Below, one piece after another: positions 12,755 to 25,512 of a stretch of 64,000 nt of DNA; position 1 is the stretch's first letter, and each line of letters starts with the position of its first letter. Source of the DNA: Chara braunii (taxonomy: Eukaryota; Plantae; Charophyceae); NCBI GenBank assembly GCA_003427395.1, contig BFEA01000016.1, forward strand, positions 4,723,242-4,787,241, in the 5' to 3' direction. The notes under the pieces were generated by a model that did no database searches, was not told the origin of the DNA, and saw nothing but the letters and a program-made list of their open reading frames with translations. A program made the position numbers and the translations under genes.

Positions 12755-15700
12755 GTATGCGCCCCCCCCCCCCCCAGCCATGTTCCGAAAAAAGAAAGAT
12801 TTTTGCTTCAAGTTCGCAAATATCCATGAGCAGAAAAGATTTCACAGCCTGTAAGTAATCCGTGGTATCGGCCTACCATCCCGACCATGTCCTTCAAACA
12901 AGGGGTTCTGGCCCAGACCAAACACGGGCCTCTGGGACTGCCCCAACCAAGGGATTCTGGCAATGCCTCACACAAACAAGGGCTTCTGGCACGGCCTCAC
13001 ACAAACAAGGGATGCTGCCAATGCCTCACACACACAATGGGGATTCTGGCAAAAGACGGAACAAGGGGGATGCTGGCAATGCCCAAATCCAAGGGGTCTG
13101 TCATGACGACTCTTGAATAAGTAAATTCTACCCAGAGCCTTTTTTACATTGTTTTCTTCCTTTTTTTTTTTTTTTTTTTTTTCCAATAAAGTCCAGGGTG
13201 TTGTAGAGGCCAGTTACTAGGCTCACATTGATCGCAGGAAGCTGTCAGCCATGGTTGGCCTGAGATGAGGCTACCTCCCATCCCATCCTCGCGTCAATAC
13301 TCCTAGCGCACCCCCTATTCCTACTATCCTACCTCAGTGTGACCAGCACTCAGGACCATTACCCTACCATCGAGGGGAACTTGGACCGAACAGTAGTGAC
13401 AGGCACCACGGCTAGTGACCCAGCCCTGGTGGAAGCACAGTCGAACGAGCCTCGATGGACGGGAACTTCGGACGCCAGGCTCAAACAATCACCTATTAGC
13501 CCCTAAGTAGACCGACTAGTAACTCACGCCCTCTCTTATCATCGAGACACCTATTATTAGTTATTAGTGACCTCCTCCCAGCCCTATGGTTATGTATGTG
13601 TGTGTGTTCGGTATTGTAGGCATGTGCCTGTAGGCTATGTGTGTATGTTTGTCATGTGCGTGGACCCGTAGCAGACGCTGCCCCCCACCATGGAACATCT
13701 ACCAGTGCCTGTGTGAGCCATGTGTAGGTAGTATGTATAGGACCCTAGAAGGGCAATCTTAGAAGATCTGGAAGCGATAGCCCCGGTAATTGGCTACATC
13801 AATGACTTGCCCCAGTTTCTCTCAAGGAGGGACGACAACCTCCTGGTGGCAGTCCGTTGGGACCACTCACAACGCTTCCCAATCCACGGAGAATGGAGAT
13901 ACTCAAGGGAAGGAAAACTGGTTGCAGTACCAGTGAGCCACTCCCAAGACCCCTGGTGCTACGCATGCAAGGAAAAGGGTCACCTTTGCTCAGATGATTC
14001 TTGCCCACAGTCCCGCAAACGACAGATCAAAGGGATTGTCACCCCTCACCCAAACCAGTCGAAAACCTGGATCCCGGAAGACCCCAAGCTCACGGACTGG
14101 ATTTTCAGGGAAGGACAACACGGACCACCCGGGATCTGGGAATGGCAGGGTACTAAGATACCTGAGATATATCCGGATGGGGTTCAGTTATACAAGTCCA
14201 AAATCCAGCTGAAAAAGAATCCCCAAGCGCAGGGTCAGCCCGAACCGGCAGACAGACAACCGCTCCTCCCAGCTGCTCAAGGAACGAAGACAAGGTCTCC
14301 CAAAGTACACCCTGCCAGGTCAGCGAAATACGTCATGAAACAGGATCACTGAAGCTCTGCACCCCCCCTTCCAGGTCAGGTGCCGACTCAGGGGTCCCCA
14401 CCCCAGGCCGAACCCGACAACACTGAAGGTGAGAACGATATCCCACTGCAACACAACAGGAGGAGGCCAACCTGTCCGCAGGGAACCCCGTTTCGTAACT
14501 TGGCCTCAAACTCTTTAGTAGTAGGGCTGCCGGCCAACAATATAGCCACAGTCGCTGTGCCTCCACCCCCTACTATAGTAGAGCTACACCACGAACTCTA
14601 CTCAAACCAGCAGAACATGCAGCCCCGTCCGCTCCCATCACCGGTAGTTGAGGAAACAGCAAATGCAAACCTGCTCCTAGCAGGGCCTCAGGAGGTCGAT
14701 CCAGCTCAGCAACCCCCTACACAACCGCTCTCGCCCATCATCACAGAAATCACATCACATCCGCACCAGCAGCAGCAGCCCCCTGCTCACCCGCAGTTTT
14801 CTCACCAACCACCACCACAATCTCCTCAGACAACTGAGGGTCAACTGAGCCCCGGAGTCCTCATTGTAGGTCTGCCGGCTGTCAACAGAATCCCTCAGGC
14901 GTCCACACAGCCCATCCCACCGCGGCCGACAAAAATCAATCACCAGGTTACAATCCAACCCCATCACAGTCAGTCCAGCGGACTGTCTACATAGATTCAC
15001 AGAATATACACACAAAAAACAGGTTGGGGAGCTAGTCACTGGTGGGGTCTAGCTCTTACAGTAGGTTCAGGTAGGTTGGATAGGGTGCCATTGGGTGCAG
15101 TTCCTACTGACATTCGGATAGAACTGTCTGGTGGCTATATATAGGGCCTGTAGTTCATTGGCGTCGAAGTTCCCGTTCGACAAGGTTCGTCCGATTCCTC
15201 TTCCACCAGGGCTGGGTAACCTATCAGCCCTGGTGCCTATCACTGCTGTTCGGTCCAAGTTGCCTGCCCGTTGGTGGGCCAATGGCCCTGTGTGTGAGGT
15301 AGGATGGGGGTACGCTAGGAGGATTGACATGAGGATGGGTTGGGAGGTGGTCTCATATTCCAGGACCCCCCGGCCTCACAGATCCAGGTGATCACTGTGC
15401 ACTCACTGACTGGCCTCTACAACACCCTGGATTTAAGGGGACAAAAAAAAAAAAAAAGGTACCAGGGCTAAGCAGAGTATAGGTCCGAAATAAGCGGTTC
15501 TGGCAATTCCCCAAAGAAGGGGCTCTCACAAAGACAAAACAAGGGGCTCCGGAGTTCTGGCATAGACAAAACCAGAGGAGGAGAGGAAAGAGGAGAACAA
15601 CGACACCGCTAAGAGGCAACCCCCGTCACAGTTCCTCGGATGACAACGGACCCATCACATTACGGCAACACCATGTTCATGGCATCAGACGTGCAATGTT

Positions 15701-16160
15701 GCTTGGAGAGAAAGGAAAAAAAAACGTGGCCCTTGGTTTTGTGTTCCCCCCACGCCTTCAGCATTTGGCCAGCGTTCACTAGAAGACAGTACACTTGGAG
15801 GTAATTGGGAGGGGGAGGGCCTCATCTAGGGGGTTGTAAGACGGTTTGGACGATTTTTTTTGGGGGGGGGGTCAGAGGGAGTGTGGAAGGGGGTTCTAAG
15901 TCGCTCTGGACCCCCACGTGGGAAGACGACGTTGTAGGATGCTTGACCTGCAAACAGGTGAGGAGGAGGAGGAGAGGAGTGAGAGGATAGGGAAGGCAGT
16001 AGAACGTCACAGAAAACCACAGGACGAGTGACGTGAGAGGGTACCAAGGGCGCTTGCACGATGCCTTGGCAATTATCAAGCATAGTTTGCACAGAGCCAG
16101 GAGGGGAGGAGCAGTGTCTTCATGGTGGGGTTTGGATTTGAGAGGGGGGAAGAGGGGGGG
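12755..16160 (+). repeat. 3.4-kb block duplicated at 27282-30687 (copy 1, probable assembly duplication)
   Basis: All ORFs repeat identically at offset 14527. Both copies start GTATGCGCCCC immediately after an N gap. Confidence 0.95.
13741..14994 (+). pseudogene. LINE ORF1/gag-like remnant with zinc-knuckle-like motif, followed by a Pro/Gln-rich ORF
   Basis: VPVSHSQDPWCYACKEKGHLCSDDSCP (CX2CX4H) preceded by a beta-rich segment, as in plant L1 ORF1. In-frame stop at 14350-14352; no RT follows. Confidence 0.5.
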
Positions 16161-16203
16161 GGAGAAAAGAGGAGAGAGCCTCATAGAGCAGAGAGAGTTA
16201 GTC

Positions 16204-16241
16204 CTGTCTCTTATACACATCTAGATGTGTATAAGAGACAG
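16204..16241. other. Nextera mate-pair junction adapter (head-to-head Tn5 mosaic ends); sequencing artefact
   Basis: Exact CTGTCTCTTATACACATCT + AGATGTGTATAAGAGACAG. Confidence 0.99.
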
Positions 16242-16326
16242 GCCGATAGCTGAGCGAGGTACTGGTGGTTTAATGCACATGTCTTGAATTGATTTAAATT
16301 GTTGCAGCATATGGTGGAGGGAGCTA

Positions 16327-17362
16327 TTGCTGAGTCAAGGAATTCAAAAAACAGCCAATGTTGCGCTTCCAGACATGCAGGCTCAATATGCTCAAGGATT
16401 GATAAACTCAATAGAATTGATTGCCCAATATGCCGTGAGCAAGGCTATTGAACAAGAAAAAGGGAAGATTCTTTGGTTTCTTAATTGTTGGCCCCATCAA
16501 AACGGACTAAGACGAGGATTACAAGATTGTACTGACTTTGATGTACTAGCCTTTATTGAAGGCTGCTTGCTTCCGGAGAGGTTTCTGAACTAAGAATCGG
16601 GAGGGAGAATGCTTTGTTGTTGTAAACACCCTCGATGGTGCTATTAGTTGCAATGGTTTTCGGATACTTTGCCGCAAAGGGGCCCACAATTCTTGCCAAT
16701 CGACCAAGGTTAAAATGTTTCGCCGATCTTATAAAAAATGGGTTCAGACCGAGGGGTTCTTGAGGAGCAAGCCCCTCCTATGACTAGAGAAAAAAAATGT
16801 CAATCCTCCGAGAAGGTATAATGGAGAGGATGCGTATACAAAAAGAATGGTCATATGCCGCCTCACTTCGAGACTTCTGCATTATGACTTACTTGTGGAA
16901 GAGTTGGCAATGGGGTGGGAAAGGTTTGCGCCTTCAAGAGAAAGAGATAGCCAATGAGACACTGATTGTTCAACAAAGTCATACCAAAACTCAACGATAC
17001 AGTCATTCGATGGTAATAAAGCTTAGGCGACCCCGAGAAAATGGAGATACTTTTTTAGAAATATTCGAGGAAATGAAGAGATATTACTTATCTTCATGGA
17101 AGGACTTGAGCAGCGGGCCTATTTTTCGAAGCACACAAAAAAAAAAAGGTTATCCTTAAATGTTTTCAACAGAATCTTTAAGAAATGGTTGATCGATCTT
17201 AAGATAAATAATCACGAGAGTAGTCATAACTTTCGAGTTGGAGGCGTTCGAGAAGGAATACGCAAAGGTTGGACATTCGAACAGATGCTCACAAAGGGTT
17301 TTTGGAAGAGTTTCTCATACTTTATTAGATGTGGTTTTGGATGTAATCATCAATCCTCATAA
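16327..17362 (+). pseudogene. Tyrosine recombinase of the DIRS-type element (frameshifted)
   Basis: LRDFCIMTYLW, SHTKTQ, GPIFRS, SSHNFRVGG (HxxR box II) and GFWKS, spread across three ORF pieces. Confidence 0.85.
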
Positions 17363-17810
17363 CTTGATTGAGATCCTTTTTGCTACTAGTCCGAACTTAG
17401 CAGGATTCGAAACGCCTGCTGGCACCCGCTTACTTGGTAAGCAAGTTAAATGGCATATATCCAAGGAAAAGAAGCCCAAGCAATCGAAGAAGATGATAAA
17501 ATGGTACCATGCTGTCACGGTGGACGCCGAAGTAATGAGGAAGTATTCCCCTCCGTTCTTCTTCATGCACTTGATAATAGGTCTAATTAGGCAGGTTGGG
17601 GGGGAAATTCATCGGTAAGGTTTTCGAGGTAGATTAATCAAATTCAGGGGTAAGGCATCCACCTTCATACATCCCCTGCTCAGATTTGTTGAGATTAAGG
17701 TAGGGCAAACGTAGTGAGGATCTGAGGCAAAAAGGTCGGTGGTTGAGAATCCGAATTCTCTTATCAAAAGAGTGACAACGTGGTGGGGAAAACCTCAATC
17801 TGTTGCATCT
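17357..17810 (-). pseudogene. DIRS-type DNA N6-adenine methyltransferase-like domain
   Basis: TDLFASD, VDAL, ISPPTCLIRPII and LIT...AWY lie directly after RNase H, matching the DLFAS / (N/S)PP / WY pattern of DIRS MT domains. Confidence 0.7.
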
Positions 17811-17814
17811 TGGA

Positions 17815-19330
17815 GTTTTAACAAATTATCGGTCTCCGTATTAAGAGTCCTTGGAACCCATACTGGTCTCAATGGACAGTCAAACTTTAGCAGCAGGGTA
17901 GTAATTTCACGTAGCATTCGATTCATTTACTCCACATGGGTGCCCAAACTTTTCAAAAGAGCAGTGATTTCAACATTATCACATATTAGCTTTATAACTC
18001 CTTTATCCATAACTTCTTTCTACTTAGAGCATATGAGATCCAAAGTTACTGGGACACCAAATAGTTCCCTATGGTTACTTGCAGTACTGATCATGTTGTT
18101 TGGGAGCATGAAGTTCACAGACTTTTTGAGCCTAGTTCCAATAACAATTGCACCAACTGCATTTTCGAATGCGTCAGTTCGCACGGTAACGGAGATCTCT
18201 TGCAAAGGCCAATAAGTTCGTTTGAGGGATGCCAAGTTTGTTTCCTACTATTACAAATTTTGAAGGACCTAAGTGGATAGTGGAAGGTTGAGATTCCAAT
18301 TGCTAGGATGGATGACCTTATGGAGGTAAGAACAAAAGGCAGCCGCAGGAGAGAAGGCCCTAGCAAGTGCTACCAACTTTCCGACAATTAAGAAAGTTCT
18401 CTACTGGAAACCATAGGTAACTTTCTTCTTTAAACCAAAATCAATGAGATGTTGTTTGCTTTCTCTTATGGGATAGTGATACTTTTCTTGTGAGAATCTA
18501 CCATGAAAACCAATACCTTGACTCTTTGAGATGAGAGGAAAAAACGTTTGTTGATGCTTAGAAAGAAACTTAATTTTCGTATCAGGTAAGTGTAGAGGAA
18601 AGACTGCTACAAAGATTGAAGATAAATTTCAGACGTTAGTAACGAGTCGTCAATGTAGGAGAAAATTCTTACTTCAAAAATTTTGAGTGTGACTATAATT
18701 TTTTGCATGAATGTTGTGAAAATCCAGCATGCAGAAAAAAAAATGAAAACAAAATTTTTTAAAATGGTAAAACTTTTTCATTCAAAATCAAGGTAAGGTT
18801 GAGACATCTTGTTCACTTTCACATGATAGTAATAATTTTTGACATTATAGGATGTGAGAAAATCATTGAGAAAGACTTTAGAGCAGGCGCCCTCAACATC
18901 AGAGACAGACTCATTGTGAAATTTTGGAAAAGAGATGAAGAGGTTCACAAGTCGCAAGTCCATGATAAATCTCAGTTTGGAGGACCTTTCGAGTACGAAA
19001 ATTTGATTAATAACAATCGGATTTTATGAATCTTCGATAACATCATGGGCCATCAAAGTTTGAATTGTCTCAATAATAAAATCCTTGTCCCTAACGGAGT
19101 GCACGTAGGAAGGAAACTGCATTTCAAGGCTCTTATAAATTTTATTTTTGTCATCTCAGGCTTTACCCTTCTAACAATTTCTTCTATCTTGCGAGGATCA
19201 TTGTGAGAAGTTCCCCTAAAGTTGAAGGTCACTCTTCTTTCGATCAAAAAAATGACTTCCCTTTAATCAGATGTCTCATGCCATTTACGCAATTGAGTTC
19301 ACTCAGAAAGATAAGAGGCTAGTGAATTCC
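17815..19330 (-). pseudogene. DIRS-type reverse transcriptase and RNase H (degenerate)
   Basis: RT: KLRFIMDLRLVN, YYHVKV and SYIDD (YIDD at 18646-18657). RNase H: RTDA, NHRELFGV, ICDN and WVPRTLNTETDNL. Confidence 0.85.
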
Positions 19331-19399
19331 CTACGAAATTTTCGGTCTTTAATCTTGTGTCATTCAAAGGTAAGAGATAATCATTTGAGCGTCCTCCAA

Positions 19400-20850
19400 G
19401 GAGGGCAAGTGCTGAAATCCTGCCAATAACTCATTCATGGTGAAGCATGGCTTCATGATCTAAGAACCCGGTATCCTGACCACCTTGATTTTGTTGTTGG
19501 TACCCTCCCTTTCCCCCCCCTCTCGAGTTCTTCTTCTGGTTCTGCTGACTTGGGTTATTTTCTTGATCAATGTCTTTCCTGCAAGAACGAAAAATATTGG
19601 TTAGTTGAAACGTACCTAAGGTTGAATCTTATTGGAGGAGATTATGAGGTTGGCTAAGCAATTTCAAAATAACCACGACTCCCACCGAAAAACGTCGTGA
19701 AGCTAAACAGTAGCCTCTAACGGGGTTAAAATAGATCCATAAAATTCACCAATAATCTAATTGCTTCACCTTTCTTATTCTCCCCTTTGAAAGCAAGGTT
19801 GAATTGAGGTGAGTTAACTATGTAGCTTGCGACTTTAAGGAAAAACGACAAAAATGCACGTTGCCTAATAATTATTACTTTTGGACAACAATATATTTGT
19901 ATAGGTGTATGTCAGACAGTAGCTTGGGGAAAACCTTCATCATGGACTTGACATGACTTTGCTCAAAAAATTGTTGAGTGAGCTTAGATAAGTCCTCATC
20001 GCATAACAACTCGGGATAATCAATGGTTTTGTACCTGAATCTCTTAGTTTTCTGCCTCCCATAAGACCAGTGCATGTAATTGAGGTAGACTTGCATTGCC
20101 CTGACTACCAAGTTTACATGGTGCCACAAAGGTTTCTTTCCGTAGCACCAAGCCAGGACTTCAACTTCTTCAGCAGCCAGACCTTTTTTGGGTCTGAGAT
20201 AGACAATTATCTTGAGCTATCACTCTTCTTGGAGACTGATGTTGATGGTGCCTCTGCCCCTTGGAGACTGCCAGCTACAAGGTTGAAGGAAAACAACTTG
20301 AGGTTTCGACGGAGTTTTCTCCTGCAAAAGGGTTGTTTCACCCCCCCGCCAAGTGACCCAAAGCTCTATTTTGCATGTGGTTGAAAGCACCGGTTGCAGT
20401 ATTGAGAACATTGTGACCTCCACCAGTGGAGCCAACTGCATCTGGGGTCTGCGGTGCAACAACTGCAGCGTACGGATGATGGTTACCCCCCCAAATAATG
20501 TCTGCTACATTCTGGGCTTGAGTAGCGACACTTGCAGATTGCGAAGTTCCCGAAATTTATTGGAGGAGGAGGTTCGGGTTTGAATTTTGCAGAAAATGAC
20601 CATCAGGTTGAGGCAGCATGTGATTGCCCATTCTGTTCAAGACCTGGTTTATTGCGCCTCTAGTCTGCAGATTCATTGAACCGTTGACGTGATTGTTGAA
20701 GGTTCTTTGAATGTCATAATGGTGATCGAGTAACTGATAATCTGAGGTTATTTTCTTCTTCAACCGGTACCTGCGCTTAACATCTTCGTCATCATCAAGA
20801 TCAAAGACATGCAGCGTTCCATCCTGGTTCCTTTAATAAGTCATTTTGAT
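19400..20850 (-). pseudogene. Putative gag/ORF1 remnant of the DIRS-type element
   Basis: Broken minus-strand ORFs (19875-20129, 20220-20462, 20557-20763) upstream of RT. Called on position only. Confidence 0.35.
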
Positions 20851-21579
20851 CAATGGCATGAGGGCTAGGTCTGATTTGCCTGTGTCTGTTCTTCTGATAT
20901 CAAAAAAATATTCTTCTATTTTTTCGCAGTGCAAATTTAGCCAATCGATGATCTCGCCTTCATACCAATCATTGCGGGGTTGATCAGGAAAAAAAACCAA
21001 GTCACCTTCATGGTAGGTGTTCCTCGAGTTTGAATCAGGGCCTTATGGGGAAATACAAAACTACTGAACATTGAGGGATGTTTACAAGAATGGTCCGGAT
21101 TCCCCCCCTCCCCCCCCTTTTTTTTTTTTTAGAGAGAGCAAATGAGTTAGGCAGTGACCCTTCTGGTCTTAATTCCAAATGTTCTTAGTAAAAACAGTGA
21201 GTGGGTTGAAAATCCCCTGTCCTGTTTTTTTTTATTATATACAGACGCCATCAATCTTTTGGATTCGTAATTAACTGATTTTCGAAATTCATTGCTTTCA
21301 TAAAGTGTAAATCCAAGGTCGAATATCAAGGTCAATCGTTTCTCCCCCCCTTTCTTCTTCTCTTTTTTTTTTTTTTGCTGCAATGTTCAGTCTTTCAGTC
21401 TACCTTTCCCATTTGGGTTAAACTTTTCGACGGAATTACAATGGTAGTTTTTTAAAAGGTTCGATTTGAAATCAACACAACTCGTGGGTTGTGCAAATGC
21501 AAAATTTTGTCCTAATGCTTAAAATATTTATTTTTGAAGTGGGAAATACCCCAAATATTGCAGCTTGCTAAAGCTGCGG

Positions 21580-22180
21580 ATGCTTTGCTGCGTCCGATAC
21601 TACTGGTGCTACTACAAATATCATTGTTTCTGCTACGACTACTACTAATGCATCTGCTATTGCCACTACTTACTGCGGATGAAGCTTCTACAATTGCTTC
21701 TTCACCTGTGATTACCAACACCGTTTGCTGCGAAGTTACTACTACTAGTTGCTACTGCTGCTACTGCTACTGTTAATTTTGGTTACTGCTGCTATTGCTG
21801 CAACTACTGCTAGTATTGTGCTCATAAGTGCATCGACATAAGGATACAATAAAATGTGCGCGCCGAGTTTGGGTAGAGTGCGAAATTAGTTTGAAGACCG
21901 ATTAATGTAATTGTGGGATACATAATTCGCTGACCTTTCTTCGATAAATTATTAGTACTACTTCTGCTGCGGCCGTTGCCGCAATCTCTGTTGACGCCTA
22001 TTCCAAGGTTACTGTGGTTGCTTCTTCAACTGCTGTTTTTGCTACTGCTGCCCTTAATGAAGACAATTTGTCCTTATTTTTACTAATGTTGTTTCGACTG
22101 CCACTGCGACCGTAGCCTGCTGCTTGCATCGATTACTGTTGCTGTTTCTGCTGCTAAGGCCTCTAATGTTGCTGCTGCTA
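21580..22180 (+). repeat. Degenerate (CTG/CTA)n trinucleotide region
   Basis: Seen directly. Confidence 0.75.
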
Positions 22181-22717
22181 GACGGATGACTCCACAACTC
22201 TGCAAATTGAAGGGCATGTAGATTTGGTCGTGATCTTTCCACAAAAAAATATTTAATTAAAAAAATATATATATTTAAGATCGTGAAATAAATGTCGTGC
22301 CAAGTCGTCTCATTTCCTACTGTTGCCACTTTACCACGTGTGGCCCAACGGGAAAACTACCCCAACTTCAACGATTTTTCGACGTGATCTTTCCAGGAAA
22401 AGTAAGTAAGAAATTAAAAAAAAAAATCATTTCAACTGCGAAAAAAAATCACGACGGCAATTCGATGCATGTACATTTTGTTGCTTGCCAACTCTTCCCA
22501 CTGTACTACCGGTAGCCCTCATGAACCTGTGCGACCGGTCTCCCCGAATTTCAGAAGGCGGGGGCAGTAGTGGTTTAACTATTTATTAGGAAAAAAACAA
22601 ATATGAACACTTCTTAGGGGGTGCGGGTTTTGTGTGTGGCGATGCATGATATGGATCCAAGTCCGAAGTGTGGAGGGCAGGGGGCTGGCCCACGACTTTG
22701 AAAAAAAACTACTCTAT

Positions 22718-22886
22718 GACACACAGACCACACACAACGTGACACACACGCACACACGCATACGGGGCCACACACACACATATGCATAGACACACAGACA
22801 GACACATACACCCCCACAAACGTGACACTCACACACACAAACACACACACACACAAACACACCAACACACACACACACANACACAN

Positions 22887-22931
<45 letters not shown>

Positions 22932-23110
22932 GGGCACACACACACATACACATACAAATAGGCAAACAGATACACACACACACACACACATACACATGCA
23001 GACACACAGACACACACACACACATATACATACACACACACAGGGGCACACACACACAGACACACACACACGCACACACATGTGATACACACACGGACAT
23101 GCACACAACC
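22718..23110 (+). repeat. Degenerate (CA)n microsatellite
   Basis: Seen directly. Confidence 0.95.
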
Positions 23111-23112
23111 GC

Positions 23113-25512
23113 ACTCTACACTACGCTATGACACTCTACTCTACGACACTCTACTCTACGATAGTCTACTCTACTCTACTTCACGACACTTTACTCTATG
23201 ACACTCTACTCTAGGACACTTTACTGTACGTACTTTACCCTACTCTACGACACTCTACTTTATTCTACTTTATTCTACTCTACTCTACTCCCGACACTCT
23301 ACTCTACTTTAATATACTCTACGCTACGACACTTTACGACACTCTACTCTACTCTATTCTACGACACTGTACTCAACTCTACTCAACTCTACTCTACTCT
23401 ACTCTACCCACTCTACACTACTCAACTTTACTCTACTACACTCTACTCTACTACACTCTACTCTACTCTAAGACATTCTATAATACTATATTATTCGACA
23501 CTACTCTACTCTACTCAATGATACTTTACTCCACAACACTCTACGGCACTTGATTTTACTCTACTCTACGACACTCTACGACGTTTTACTTTACTCTACG
23601 ACAATCTACTGTGCTCTACGACACTCTACTCTACTCTACGATGTTGTACTCTACTATACGACAATCTACTCTACTGTACTCTGCAACACTTTATGACAGT
23701 CTACTCTACGACACTCTGCTCTACTCTACGACACTATATTATACTCTACTCTACTCTATGACTCTCTACTCTACTCTACTCTACTCTACGATACTCTACG
23801 ATACTCTAAAATGCTATACTTTACGACATTGTACTCTACTCTGCAACATTCTACTCTTCTCTATGACGCTCTACTCCACAACACTATAAAATACTCTACT
23901 CTACGACACTCAACGACACTCTACTCTACGACATTCTACAACACTCTACTTTACTCTACTCTACTCTACTCTTCTCTACGACACTCTTTTGTATTCTACG
24001 ACACTGTACGACACTCTACAAAACTCTACTCTACTCTACTCTACTCTACTATACTCTACTCTACTCTACGACACTTTACTCTACTCTACTCTACTCTACT
24101 CTACGACACTCTACGACACTCTACGACACTTTACTCTACTATACTCTACTCTACGACATTATGCGACACTTTACTCGATTATACTTCACACTACGACACT
24201 CTACTCTACCCACTCTACAATACTTCACTCTACTCTACTATAAGACACTCTAAGACACTCTACAATACTCTACTCTACGCGACGACACTCTGTCATACTT
24301 CCTCTACGACACTCTTCGACATTCTACGACATTGTACTCTTCGACACTCTACGACACTTTGCGACACTGTACGATGCTCGACTCTACTTTATTCTACTAT
24401 ACGACACTCTACGACACTTTACTCTATTTTACTCTATGACACTCTACTCTACGATACTGTACTCTACTTTACGATAGTCTACTCTACTATACTCTGTGAC
24501 GCTTTATGAAACTCTACTCTACTATACTATACTCTAGGACACTCGGCTTTACTCTACGACATTGTACTCTATTCTACTCTACTTTACTCTACGACACTCA
24601 ACGACACTCTACTCTACTCTACTCTACTCTACGACACTCTACTCTACTCTACTCTACTATGCTTTACGACACTCTACTATGCTTTACGACACTCTACTCT
24701 ACTCAACTCTACTCTACAACACTCTATGACTTTCTTCTGTACTCTATGAAACTATATGACACTCTATGGCACTATACAAAACTATACTCTACTCTACGAC
24801 ACTTTTCTCTACTACACTCTTCTCTACGACACTGTACTCTACTATACTCTACTCTACGACATTATACTCTACTCTACTCTACTCTAATATACTTTACTGT
24901 ACTCTACTCTACTCTATTCCACTTTACTTTACTCTATACTCTACTCTATGACACTCTACGACACTCTAGGACATGCGACCCTACTCTACTATAGGACACT
25001 CAACGACACTCTACTCTACTCTGCGACAGTCTACTCTACTTTACGACACATCACTCTACTCTACTCTATGACACTTTACTCTACTCTACTCTACTCTATT
25101 GTACTCTACTCCACTTTATGACACTCTACGACACTCTATGACACTTTGCTCTACTCTACTCTACTTTACTCTACTCCACTTTACTCTACTCTACGCTGCT
25201 CCGCTCTACGACACTTTGCTCTACTCTACGACACTCTACGACACTTTACGACATTATGAAAAACTATACTCTACGACACTTTGCTCTACTCTACGACACT
25301 CTACGACACTTTATGACATTCTAAAAAACTCTACTCTACGACACTTTACTCCCATATACTCTACTCTACGACACTTAACTCCCATATACTCTACTCTACG
25401 ACACTATACAACAGTCTACTCTACTCTATTCTACTTTACTCTACTCTACTCTACTCTACTCTACTCTACTCTACTCTACTGCACTCCACTCTACTCTACT
25501 CTACGACACTTT
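23113..25512 (+). repeat. 2.4-kb (CTACT)n satellite with recurrent CTACGACACT variant
   Basis: 5-bp periodicity throughout; it generates the spurious YSTLL ORFs. Confidence 0.95.

Larger units (their letters stand above)
16242..21100 (-). mobile_element. Decayed tyrosine-recombinase (DIRS order; PAT/kangaroo-like layout) retrotransposon
   Basis: RT, RNase H and MT on minus; YR on plus. Many stops and frameshifts. The left end is cut by the adapter and the right end is approximate. Confidence 0.85.

Noticed and set aside
16204-16241. Tn5/IS50 ends as a natural transposon
   Set aside because: These are synthetic mosaic ends in the mate-pair junction arrangement, with no transposase.
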